Shown piece by piece: positions 24,030 through 34,844 of a DNA stretch of 64,000 nucleotides. The notes under the pieces were generated by a model, which saw only the letters and a list, made by a program, of their open reading frames with translations, made no database searches and had not been told where the DNA came from. Numbering within the stretch: the first letter of the stretch is position 1; every line of letters begins with the position of its first letter. Made by a program: the position numbers and the translations under genes. The stretch spans positions 1 to 64,000 of the forward strand of contig CAVSMN010000021.1 in NCBI GenBank assembly GCA_963729045.1, written 5' to 3'. This DNA comes from an uncultured Nitrososphaeraceae archaeon. Its GTDB lineage: Archaea > Thermoproteota > Nitrososphaeria > Nitrososphaerales > Nitrososphaeraceae.

Positions 24030-25538
24030 TTGAGAAAAATAATAATACCAATAACATTTCTTGCAATTTTGATGCTAGGTTTTAATGAATTAGATGTGAG
24101 TGCTCAAGAAAGCAATTTTACCATAGTCTTAAATCCTGGTGCAACTAACAGCGACAGCCAGAATCCTATGTCACCTGTCAATGTTACTATTCCTGCAGGG
24201 ACCAATGTTACTTGGATAAATAAAGACTCTTCTCCTCACATGTTAGTCTCTGGAACCCCAGATGAAGGTCCAAATAACATATTCTATGGTGATTTCTTTG
24301 GTACAGATGAGAATTACACTGTAACATTTGATGAACCAGGCTTGTATTCATACTATGATCCAATTTGGAGTCATATCAGAGGAGAAGTAACTGTTGAGAA
24401 TCCCGTATTTTCTGCCGATCTGGGATCGAGTACGAATTACTCAAGTATGAATGGTATTGATGATAACCCCGTGCTAAATTCTAATACACCTGACGTAATT
24501 GATTCCAATACAAATAATTTAAACACATCAGAGAATGATTCGTTGTCAATCCCATCATCGTCTTTTTTATCGTCAGTTCCTAGCTTTACCACTAACGATA
24601 CAAGTGACCAAACTTCTCCATTATCATCACTAGGTTCGGATCAGGCCCTTACAAACATATTCAATAAGGTCGGTCCACTGCTCGGCCTTTTGATGAATGG
24701 CAATAGCAGTTCCTCTTCTTCACCCTTCTCCTCTCTGTCCCAATCAAACGAATCTTTTGGTGTCGGTACCCTGGATAATCAATCCTCATTTCCGTCATCC
24801 ACCACTCAATCGTCAAGTCCCGATCAGGCCCTTACAAACATATTCAATAAGGTCGGTCCACTGCTCGGCCTTTTGATGAATGGCAATAGCAGTTCCTCTT
24901 CTTCACCCTTCTCCTCTCTGTCCCAATCAAACGAATCTTTTGGTGTCGGTACCCTGGATAATCAATCCTCATTTCCGTCATCCACCACTCAATCGTCAAG
25001 TCCCGATCAGGCCCTTACAAACATATTCAATAAGGTCGGTCCACTGCTCGGCCTTTTGATGAATGGCAATAGCAGTTCCTCTTCTTCACCCTTCTCCTCT
25101 CTGTCCCAATCAAACGAATCTTTTGGTGTCGGTACCCTGGATAATCAATCCTCATTTCCGTCATCCACCACTCAATCGTCAAGTCCCGATCAGGCCCTTA
25201 CAAACATATTCAATAAGGTCGGTCCACTGCTCGGCCTTTTGATGAATGGCAATAGCAGTTCCTCTTCTTCACCCTTCTCCTCTCTGTCCCAATCAAACGA
25301 ATCTTTTGGTGTCGGTACCCTGGATAATCAATCCTCATTTCCGTCATCCACCACTCAATCGTCAAGTCCCGATCAGGCCCTTACAAACATATTCAATAAG
25401 GTCGGTCCACTGCTCGGCCTTTTGATGAATGGCAATAGCAGTTCCTCTTCTTCACCCTTCTCCTCTCTGTCCCAATCAAATGAGATGTTTGGAGAAAACT
25501 TGATGGATACTGCTAATATTAGTAACGGTGAACCTTAA
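24030..25538 (+). CDS. Secreted cupredoxin-fold protein with Ser-rich 61-aa tandem repeats
   Basis: Signal peptide; P..VTIPAGTNVTWINKD..PH; FDEPG.Y.YYDP..SHIRG (no Cys ligand); then 4.6 repeats. Confidence 0.8.
   Translation: MRKIIIPITFLAILMLGFNELDVSAQESNFTIVLNPGATNSDSQNPMSPVNVTIPAGTNVTWINKDSSPHMLVSGTPDEGPNNIFYGDFFGTDENYTVTFDEPGLYSYYDPIWSHIRGEVTVENPVFSADLGSSTNYSSMNGIDDNPVLNSNTPDVIDSNTNNLNTSENDSLSIPSSSFLSSVPSFTTNDTSDQTSPLSSLGSDQALTNIFNKVGPLLGLLMNGNSSSSSSPFSSLSQSNESFGVGTLDNQSSFPSSTTQSSSPDQALTNIFNKVGPLLGLLMNGNSSSSSSPFSSLSQSNESFGVGTLDNQSSFPSSTTQSSSPDQALTNIFNKVGPLLGLLMNGNSSSSSSPFSSLSQSNESFGVGTLDNQSSFPSSTTQSSSPDQALTNIFNKVGPLLGLLMNGNSSSSSSPFSSLSQSNESFGVGTLDNQSSFPSSTTQSSSPDQALTNIFNKVGPLLGLLMNGNSSSSSSPFSSLSQSNEMFGENLMDTANISNGEP
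24639..25480 (+). repeat. 183-bp tandem repeat, 4.6 copies (coding)
   Basis: Units start at 24639, 24822, 25005, 25188 and 25371 and appear identical. Confidence 0.97.
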
Positions 25539-26153
25539 GATGAATTATTATCATATGAAACTTCCATCTCTCCTCTCAGGGACACTTTTTCTGTACAAGA
25601 CAATCTATCACTTCATTAGATAAAAGAAGGGTAAAAGTCCGGGAAGAATTGATGATTACCTCAAAAGATCCTACAGTATAGTAGCTGAAATACCAGAACT
25701 CCCTACATTTTTAGATGATGAAGAATACCATATTCAGATGTTACATTTAAGGTGGGCTCAGAGAAATACATATCTTTAAGACTGATTTTGGATCATTACT
25801 ATAGGGTAATTATTGCAACGGTTTGATATAATATGTCAACCCATCTTTATTTCATATTTAACAGACATGTCAATAAGAAATTACTCGGATGAATTTATCA
25901 TAATAAGATCATCATAGTACAGATTTGAATTTATCTTCTATATTTTCAAAAGAATATTCATAACTACCGATTGTGGAGAGATTAAACAACAAATTATATC
26001 ATATTGGGAATATCAGACAAAGATACCTATAAAACTTAAGGAATATGTTGAAAAGGAAATTAAGCCTAAAGGGACGATATCTAAATAATTAAAAAAGATA
26101 TGTTAGAATTTATTATAAATACAATAAACAAAACATTAATACATTAAAATTCG

Positions 26154-27284
26154 ATGAATAATAAGATAAGTTTGTATATTAAGACCCTTGTTATGGTTGT
26201 TCTTGTCATGTTTGGAGTGCTTGTCATTTTCTCTTCTAATATTTTTCCCATAAGTGCCGACTATACGAAAATATCAGAAAAACTAATAACAACTCCAACA
26301 CAAGACCAGTCTACAGCAGATAATGGAAAGAAACTGAAAATAGCTTTTCTAACGGATGGCTTATTTAGTGATGCAGGGTGGGGGGCATTCGGATACAATG
26401 CAGCACAGGCATTACAGGGAAAATATTCCTATATAGTCGAACTTAAAGAAAACGTGCCTATTCCAAAAATAGAAGAAACATTAAGAGATTATGCCAAGGC
26501 AGGTTATGACTTAATAATATCTCATGGCTTTGAGTGGGGAAAGCCGGCAGTTAATGTAGGTAAGGATTATCCCGCAGCAAAGTTTGTAATTTTTACAGGA
26601 CTTGTTAATTCTAGTAATGTGGCTTCAATCTATCCGATGCAACAAGAAGGAACTTATGTGTTAGGAGCACTTGCAGCAACTATGTCCAAAACAGGCACAA
26701 TTGGTTTTGTAGGTGGAGAAAGATACCCTAATCTGATCAATATTTATGAAGGATATAGACAAGGCGCTCAGGATGTTAATCCTAGCGTAAAGGTACTCGT
26801 CACATATTTAGACGATTGGGATAATTCCACAAAAGGAAAAAAAGCAGCCATTTCTCAAATAGATAGTGGCGCAGACTTTCTATTACATGTGGCTGATACC
26901 TCTGGCCAAGGTGTTATTGAAGCTGCTAAAGAAAGAGGAATATACGCCTTTGGTGCAATCTCTGACCAGAATAAGTTAGCTCCTGAGACAGTACTTACAT
27001 CCTTTGTATTAGATGCCGAAAAGGCATTTGATCAAGTTATTAAATTAGTAAAAACAGGTAATTTCAGTGGGCAAATATTTAAGCCAGGGCTAGAATCAGA
27101 AAAGGGCTCATCTGGGGAGGGAATCGTGTATATAGCACCATTTCATAACCTTGATCATAATGTTCCAGAAAACGTAAAGCTATGGTTTGAACAGTTAAAA
27201 GAAGATATTGTCAACGGAAAAATCAAAGTACCTGAAAGATATTCCGGTAACATTGGAAACTACCTTGCTAATAACACAGGTTAA
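26154..27284 (+). CDS. BMP family (BmpA/PnrA-like) substrate-binding protein
   Basis: D.GW...GY, GYDLII.HGFEW, EG.YVLGALAA.MSKTG.IGFVGG, G.GVI.AAKE.G. Confidence 0.9.
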   Translation: MNNKISLYIKTLVMVVLVMFGVLVIFSSNIFPISADYTKISEKLITTPTQDQSTADNGKKLKIAFLTDGLFSDAGWGAFGYNAAQALQGKYSYIVELKENVPIPKIEETLRDYAKAGYDLIISHGFEWGKPAVNVGKDYPAAKFVIFTGLVNSSNVASIYPMQQEGTYVLGALAATMSKTGTIGFVGGERYPNLINIYEGYRQGAQDVNPSVKVLVTYLDDWDNSTKGKKAAISQIDSGADFLLHVADTSGQGVIEAAKERGIYAFGAISDQNKLAPETVLTSFVLDAEKAFDQVIKLVKTGNFSGQIFKPGLESEKGSSGEGIVYIAPFHNLDHNVPENVKLWFEQLKEDIVNGKIKVPERYSGNIGNYLANNTG

Positions 27285-27343
27285 AATCTTTGACGAATAT
27301 CTTTTTTTTAATCCTTCTAAAAGTATTGAAATAGTGAAGCAAA

Positions 27344-29301
27344 TTGGGAAAGCGTTTTCTATTTCTCAGAAGAAAAGAAATGACCATTGTTTCAATAATA
27401 CTATTAATTGCTGGATCTTATTCTTTATTATTCTTCCAACAAAATATTGCAGAACAGAATATTAGAGACAGTCTTTTTCTAGCTCATAGGAATAATCAGA
27501 TAGAGGTTACAAAGGGTCTTTCAGAGCATGTTAGTGCCGATCTTCGATTGGTAGCATCGATTCTCCAAGGATTATCCGATTCTATTTATTTGCAACAGGG
27601 AGAATTGTATGGCGATAGGGTTGGAAACCTAATAGAAGAACGATTTAATGAAATAAACAACATTAGTAAAATCGATGGGCTTTTTATCGCAGACAAAAAT
27701 AATATAATAACGCATAATAAGGTATCAGAAGGACAAAGGAGTTTTGTCAATATAGATATTTCACTTAGAGATTACGTAAATGAAACAAAGAGGACTTTAA
27801 ATCCCGTATTTTCAAATGGCTTCAAAGGAATTGATGGCACTTATAAAATAGCATTAACTTCTCCTATAATAAATAGAGATACTCAAGAATACCTCGGAAT
27901 GGTCGGAGTGGAAATACCATCTGTTGATTTCTTTGCACGATACGGAAATGTATATAACATCAGATTCACAATTTTTGGTAGCGTATGATCGAAATTCAAA
28001 TTATATATCCACTCCTAGAACCAACTTTTTAGGGACAAGCTTATTTAGTGATGAAGTTCAGCGCTTTTTCAATTTTAACTCATATCCAAAACAAATATTA
28101 TCAAGGTGTTTTTGATGGTCGACTATTTGGAGGATATGCCATATATGATTTTGGAACTGGAGAAAGACTTAATACTGGATATCCTGTTTCTGTTGATGGA
28201 AACTCCAAATATTTCGTTTTCCTAATTACGCCTACAGCATCGGTTTACTCTGATATTGATGAGACTTTATCTGCAGAAAGATCAAAGTTTTATTTGTTGA
28301 TTGCGGGGATTACTACTACAATTGTAATTTTGGTTTTATTTTTAGTAAAACTGAATAGTATATTGAATGAACAAGTTAAGAGAAGAACAAAAGATTTAGA
28401 GGAATCAAACAAACGCCTTAAAATTGCTAATGAAAAACTTAATATTCATGACAAAATGCAAAAGGACTTTATCAATATAGCAGCCCATGAACTAAGAACC
28501 CCTACTCAGGCGATATCAGGAAATTTGGAATTGATCAAAATGACTTATGTTCCTTCTATTTTCCAAACGTCCCCGCCAGATAAAATAGGCATTAAAGGTG
28601 AATTAGAGAGACTGGTCAAAGATGAAGATAGGCTACATGATTTTACATATACACTTGTATCAACACATAGAAATGCACAAAGACTAGAGAAATTGGTGAA
28701 TGATATTTTAGATACTGCACGAATTGAGGGTAATCGTCTTGAGTTGCATAAAGAATCCTTTAATTTAAACGAAAAAATACAGAATGTAATTAAAGATATC
28801 CACAATAAGACTAATCTTAGTTCACATTATGGTAATTCCTATACTTCTTTTAACATAGTTTTTGAACCGCAAGAAGATCCCATCATGGTATCTGCAGATA
28901 AAATAAGGATTTTCGAAGTTCTTTCAAACGTGATAAATAATGCGATAAAATTTTCAAATGGTGAACCCATCACTATTTCAGCTAAAAATTTTCAAAAAAA
29001 TGAAATTGGAGCGATGATAAGTAGTAATCATAATAATGAATTAGTCGACACCGAAAATACAAGGGAAAATGAAGATGAAAAGGTGGTGGTGGTATCAGTT
29101 AGGGATAGAGGAACAGGCATAGACTCTGATATTCTACCAAGGTTATTTACAAAGTTTGCTACAAAATCAGATCAAGGTACAGGACTAGGACTGTATATAG
29201 CAAAAAGTATTATTGACGCTCATGGTGGGATTATATGGGCTGAAAATAACAAAGATGGAAAAGGGGCTACGTTTTATTTCACATTGCCATTAACTAAATG
29301 A
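27344..29301 (+). CDS. Cache-domain sensor histidine kinase (frameshifts at ~27960 and ~28080)
   Basis: TM, Cache, TM; H-box FINIAAHELRTP; N-box NVINNAIKF; DRGTGI; GTGLGLYI. Confidence 0.9.
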
Positions 29302-29387
29302 TCATAGGATACATTATCGCCAATTTTCTATGCCTATCATTTTCTCTTTATTCATTAAATGCATTATGGGAACCTAAATAAACAAAC

Positions 29388-29440
29388 CCATTTGGATATC
29401 CTCATGATTTCCACCGAACACGCTACCTATTTTAGTAACG
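29388..29440 (+). repeat. Dispersed dyad element, class A + tail E
   Basis: CCATTTGGATAT-CCTCATG-ATTTCCACCGAA-cacGCTACCTATTTTAGTAACG. Confidence 0.92.
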
Positions 29441-29593
29441 ATATAGGAAGGTATAAGATATAGGGCTAATACTTAATTTTCATCTTTTTAAAACAAATCT
29501 TTTTTGTGTTTTCATCTTCACAATTGAGATGGGAAAAACGACCATTTGACTATTTTGAGAGTAAAGGTCAGATAAACGATCTTTTGGATTCTG

Positions 29594-29761
29594 TTATTTT
29601 ATTTCCTTTTTTGCGCATGAATCACAGTATTTTTCTATCATGGTAGCTCCCTCTACAGTGAATATTGCTTCCTGAGTAGCCGTATTACCGCAACTTACAC
29701 AGTATTTTGTCTTTCCGCCAAGGTCAACGAATGCCCTTATCGATGAAAAATTCTTTTCCAT
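29594..29761 (-). CDS. Small zinc-finger protein
   Basis: CVSCGN.AT.EA.F......IEKYCDSC. Confidence 0.75.
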   Translation of the reverse strand: MEKNFSSIRAFVDLGGKTKYCVSCGNTATQEAIFTVEGATMIEKYCDSCAKKEIK

Positions 29762-30098
29762 TCTATGTCTCCATTTTATTATTATGCAATTGCACTTATA
29801 GTATCTGTTTGCTAGATGTGAGCCAAATTTATGTAAAAAACTATTAGCAGATGAATGTTTTATGCTCATTGGTGAATTTAATTTATTTTTTCTGCAGTAG
29901 TTTTTTGTATAAAAACAGAGGACAAGTTAAATAGAGCATCCAAAGAATTTAGAAAATCCATTCCTAGACTTAAAGGATCTTTACAAGTTACTAGATTATC
30001 ATTTGATCTATTTCCTTCACTTTTGAATCAAATCACTAATTGCCCGCATTAAAATAGAGAACGCATATTTATGGTAGTTGATCATAGTCGAAACGTCC

Positions 30099-30141
30099 AA
30101 ACCCTTATACCATGAGGAACTTAGTCCCCCAAGAAGCCTAT
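30099..30141 (+). repeat. Dispersed element, module D only + AGCCTAT end
   Basis: AACCCTTATACCATGAGGAACTTAGTCCC..AGCCTAT. Confidence 0.7.
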
Positions 30142-30265
30142 GAATTTTTCTTTACATATTAGAAAGAAAATTGGGTTCATCGTTTGACTAATCACTGGAT
30201 ATCAATTAAAGGATAAATAGAAGATGGTAATTGTTTTAATAATTTGTTATACATATTGTTAAGTT

Positions 30266-30376
30266 ATGTATGAAAAACATACGATAAAATGTTCGTCGTG
30301 TGGTAGATTATTTACATCAAAAGAAGATGAGACTGTCTGTGATAAGTGTTCCAAAGAGCTTGAGAATATAAAATAA
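30266..30376 (+). CDS. Small CxxC-CxxC zinc-finger protein (36 aa), paralogue of 13833-13958
   Basis: MYEKHTIKCSSCGRLFTSKEDETVCDKCSKELENIK*; below the ORF-track cutoff. Confidence 0.75.
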   Translation: MYEKHTIKCSSCGRLFTSKEDETVCDKCSKELENIK

Positions 30377-30535
30377 TTTCTACTTTAATCTAGCTTTGTA
30401 AAATGATAGTTAATGAAACTCTATAGCCACGTTTACTACCATGTAACTCTTTTAATTAGGTTGAAGTCAATCTCAATTGGATCGAGATATTGGAGGAGAG
30501 TATATACAGGAAATGATGACAATAACTTTTAGAGC

Positions 30536-31255
30536 ATGATATTTACTCAAAGTAGTGTCAAAATTTATTCATCTTTTGTCTTCGTATTTTTTTTCCTATT
30601 CTTGGCACTAAATTTCATTTATACAGAATCAAATCAATATATAGTAAAGAATATTGTTTTTGCCCAAACTCTTGATAACCTAACACTATCTACTATGATT
30701 AATCAAGGCTCTCCTTATTATGGAAATCTTAGCTCTCCATTAGTGGTTATAGATTTTAGCGATTTTCAATGTCATCTATGTAAAAGATATGTAGATAATA
30801 CAGAACAACAAATCAATTCTTCCTATGTCCAACCAGACAAAGCAATCTATGTATTTAAACATCTTCCAAACAGAGGATTTGATTCGAAAAACGCTTCATT
30901 AGCAGCACAATGTACAAATGACCAAGGACAATTCTGGGAGTTTCATAAGATTTTGTATGCAAATCAAGGTCCAATAGATTCCGGTTGGGTCAATACTGAA
31001 AACTTGAAGAAATTTGCTTCACAGTTACCTGATATCAATATTACTGAGTTTAACTCATGTTTTGATACTAAAAAATATGAATCATTCATAGACAAAGATA
31101 TTGCCTTGGCAAATTCATTAGGATTTACAGAAACTCCATCTTTCATAATAATGAACAGCGAAGGTTCCATTATCGAAAAAATTCAGGGTCCAAAGCCATT
31201 TCCAATATTTAAGACAGTTATTGATAACCTGGAAAACAAGATAACTAAGAATTAG
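30536..31255 (+). CDS. DsbA-family thiol-disulfide oxidoreductase
   Basis: FSDFQCHLC, A.AA.C...QGQFWE.H, G...TPSF; N-terminal anchor. Confidence 0.9.
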   Translation: MIFTQSSVKIYSSFVFVFFFLFLALNFIYTESNQYIVKNIVFAQTLDNLTLSTMINQGSPYYGNLSSPLVVIDFSDFQCHLCKRYVDNTEQQINSSYVQPDKAIYVFKHLPNRGFDSKNASLAAQCTNDQGQFWEFHKILYANQGPIDSGWVNTENLKKFASQLPDINITEFNSCFDTKKYESFIDKDIALANSLGFTETPSFIIMNSEGSIIEKIQGPKPFPIFKTVIDNLENKITKN

Positions 31256-31744
31256 ATGTCAGGATTTTTTGCATTCAAAGTAGTATACGGTTCAAATCCA
31301 ATTTTGTATATCGGATTAACCATTCTGGTATTTACTGTCTTTTGGATTTTTTTTAATGCATTTGATGAGCTGCTATATTTTTCACCGATCCTTTATTTTT
31401 ATCTACCAAAAGACGCTATAGTCGGATTTGTTTTATCTACTATCAGTGCACTGCTTCTGGGAGTTCTTGTTTCAATGAATATTTACCTATTGAGAAATTC
31501 AAGTATTAGATTTAATAAATCGTTAATTTCGAGTTCATTTTTTACAATATTATCTAGTGCTTGCGCCAGCTGTTCTTCAATTGGATTTGTAATCATTTCT
31601 ACTTTTGGGAGCGCAGGGGTAATTGCTACTGCCTTTCTTACAAATTATCAGATTCCACTAAGATTGCTTGCAATTGGTGTTTTGATTTTAGCTCTATATA
31701 CTGTTTATCGCAAAATTACAAACAGTTGTTCATTAAATAATTAA
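31256..31744 (+). CDS. Four-TM membrane protein with CxxC, translationally adjacent to DsbA
   Basis: Hydrophobic segments, SACASCS motif, starts immediately after the DsbA stop. Confidence 0.75.
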   Translation: MSGFFAFKVVYGSNPILYIGLTILVFTVFWIFFNAFDELLYFSPILYFYLPKDAIVGFVLSTISALLLGVLVSMNIYLLRNSSIRFNKSLISSSFFTILSSACASCSSIGFVIISTFGSAGVIATAFLTNYQIPLRLLAIGVLILALYTVYRKITNSCSLNN

Positions 31745-32163
31745 TAATATGAAAATTCATGATGAAAGTAATCGTTTGGTTTAGGTATATCCCGAACAGG
31801 AAATAAGTAGTAAGTCGGTAAATTAAAATAATAAATATCGCTCAACGAGAAAATGCTGATAAAATATAGATAGATCCCTTATTCTGTTTAAAATTACCGT
31901 GATCCTGAAAGTATTGACTATCACTTTGGTAAATCTCCTTTAATATTTGGTGTTAGTGGCAACCCGGAATTCACAAGAGATCCACATATTATACAGTAAT
32001 TATTTTGATTTGAGGGTTCCCATTTTTATTAATTATCTTTGATTAAGAAATTTTTTCACGTATAATGACATAATAATTATCAACCAGATTTACGGAAGGG
32101 TTTACGAATGAAATTTGTAATATATATGAAATAATAAAGTTGTGGTGGTGGTAGTGGCGGTGG

Positions 32164-32505
32164 TTAGTTTACAATTACTTTTCCTGTCATAGTGGGATGT
32201 AATTTGCAATGATAATCAAAAGTACCCGATTGATCGAACATGTATTCAAAAGTTTGATCTGGTCTGAGATCGTCTGAACTAAAAATATCATTATTTTCTG
32301 TTACTGTATGAACACCAAAGTCGGTATTATCCATGTGACTGTATCACCTTGGCTTATAGTTATAGGATTTGGATTGTATGCTTTATCTCCTAGTGTAGAA
32401 GCATCCGAAACTATTGATACTTCACTATTTGATTGTGCATAGGCAACTGGAATTATAGAGATGACTAATGTCAATGCAATCGATATTAATACGTAACATT
32501 TCCAT
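32164..32505 (-). CDS. Plastocyanin/azurin-like blue copper protein (two frameshifts)
   Basis: Reconstructed ..AYAQ..YNPNPITISQGDTVTW/NTDFGVHTVT...FDQSGTFDYHCKLHPTMTGKVIV*; H, C, H, M ligands intact. Confidence 0.8.
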
Positions 32506-33510
32506 TAGAGTAAAATTCAATCTATTATATTTCCTTTAGTTATTTTCTGTTTTGAGAATGATGTATTCTTAATCCTTGAAATAGTATGAATATAATATCA
32601 ATATGTCACACTGGTTCTGCATGAATTATTACTCGAGATGCTCCAGTGTTTTTTGCTTAATGGATATATAATGACCTCATCTTTGATTGAACCAGGGGCA
32701 TTTTCCTCTAAAACTTTATCTACATTATCGTTTAGTCCCCTTTGTGTGATTCTATTCTTGTTACCAATGATCCAATTAATTGAGTCATGCAGCTTTAATA
32801 GCTACATTCGAGTCTTCCCTGAATCACAATAATACCTTCGGATGAACTAATCCGATCCATATCTGCCTCAGGATCATAATCTATCGCGCCAGTATCATAT
32901 TCAGTATAGTTAAACTTTGATATTGCGTTAGACTATCTAGGTTCTGTTTGGTCGACATACGATATCCTACAAATTTACAGGAAATCCACAATCTGTTTTA
33001 CCCATTAGATTACGAAAAGTTGGTACACGCCTCATCTTACAATCTTTCATATCCTTTAATTCAGGTTATTGTCAAACGTTTATTTCCTTCTTGTTCTAAT
33101 AGTATTTGGAATCCAATTATTCTACCGGGATCGATATTGATGCCACTCTGTTCTAGTCAATTACCTGAATTCATCTCAATTGACAAAGTGTTATCTTATA
33201 TATCAAATTCCATGCACACTTGTGGCCTCACTTCACAGTAAGTATTTTTTGTTTTAATGTCCTGGTACTAACTCTTGTTCTCTTCCTGGTATTTCCCAAT
33301 ACTCCGTTCATAATTCGACTGTACTTGGGTATTTTGTATCTATGGTCAAAATATGGCAAAATAACACAACCGTTAAATACCAATTACTATAAATAAGTAT
33401 TAGTAATGAGACAGATTAAAAAAACCTACTTTATTCATAAACAGAACAATGTAGGATTTGAACTTAAAAGGAATTATCTGGAAAGATCAAAACAAGATGG
33501 ATTTATTTAA

Positions 33511-34098
33511 ATGATTCAAAAAATAAGATCCTCCATTAATACCTATGGATTGTTATCCGCTTTTTCCATCTCTATGTTTGTACTGGTAATGTTTGCATTT
33601 GATCATTCAAATTATGCTACAGTATTTTTTATTCCGAACGCATATGCTATCAATAATACTGAGGCAATAGGTGGTCTGGCCACAACTGTTGATTTAGGTA
33701 GTCCATTTTTTGTTCAGAAATATTAGCATGATCCTGAGCCGCCAAAATCGGAATCTGAACCAAATCTTTATGTGAACCATACAAACGATGGAATAATCAA
33801 TGGAAACTTGAGCGTCGTTCATGTGGGAAACGACACTGAGACTCTCAGAAATAATAACACAGTCTATCTCCAAGGTAACTATAGTCTAACGTCTCATAAT
33901 GGTATGGATACGGCAAGTTATAATTTCCAAGGAATAGGTACCTATGGTCCAAACGACACGTACGAAAGTAAGGGCGTGGCAATTTTTGATGAAGTCGCTA
34001 CTGGAAAACTATCATCCCTAGCGAATTCAGTTGCCATCTATAAGGTCAAGGTTGATGCCAATGATAACGGGGCATTTCTTATGTGGCACTGGAAGTAA
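33511..34098 (+). pseudogene. Secreted hypothetical protein (…FLMWHWK family) with in-frame TAG
   Basis: ORFs 33511-33726 and 33772-34098 share a frame and are split by one TAG; paralogue at 54313-54839. Confidence 0.75.
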
Positions 34099-34844
34099 GA
34101 TATGTGGCACTGAAAAACTATAACCTAGAATTAAGAGTCAATGCGGGAATGGCACATAAGAGCAGCAAAATATTTCGATACAGTTTAACCAATTGGAGGA
34201 ATGGACCTGGAAACCTCAACTATTACAGGAATAAATAATACGGAAGTGGCCGCCTTTCTTCATAGAATTGTAAAAGCCAGCACACTTTGACTGGCACTTC
34301 ACAATGAAATATTTTTTGTTTTAATGTCCAGATCGTAATACTTGTTATAATTCTGGGATTTTCCCGAAATTCTGTTCATAATTCCAAAGTTATACCACCT
34401 TTAAATTAAATAACGATAGAAGATTAAAATTAAAAAACGGAAGGCTTTCTTGATAACTTTGATGTTTGCATCTATCGAAACGAAGCCGCAGTGTAAATTT
34501 CATCAAATTGCGATATGGTATTAGTTTATTCTATTCCAATGATTTTATAAATCATATAATTACATTTTCTAATAGTTAGTATCTACACCGATAGTTAAAT
34601 ACATCAATACATCAATATATTATTCATTTTTTAATATTTTTTTGGTTAGGTCGTACATATTATGGCGAATATATGAGGTCAAAACCAAAAAGTATAGCAA
34701 GCAATAAATAGCAATCGAAAGAAACGAGCATTACTGATGATACAGAATAATAACTATTACTTTTTTAATAAACAGTACAGTTTAAGAATTGAACATAAAA
34801 GAAATCATTTAGAAAGATCAAAATACTTGGTGGGATTTAATTAA

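Noticed and set aside
24639..25480. 183-bp tandem repeat as CRISPR or non-coding array
   Set aside because: No unique spacers; unit length is a multiple of 3 within an open frame.
33724..33726. In-frame TAG as pyrrolysine or programmed readthrough
   Set aside because: No pyl genes in view, and other genes are broken by TAA/TGA too; nonsense mutation or sequencing error is simpler.
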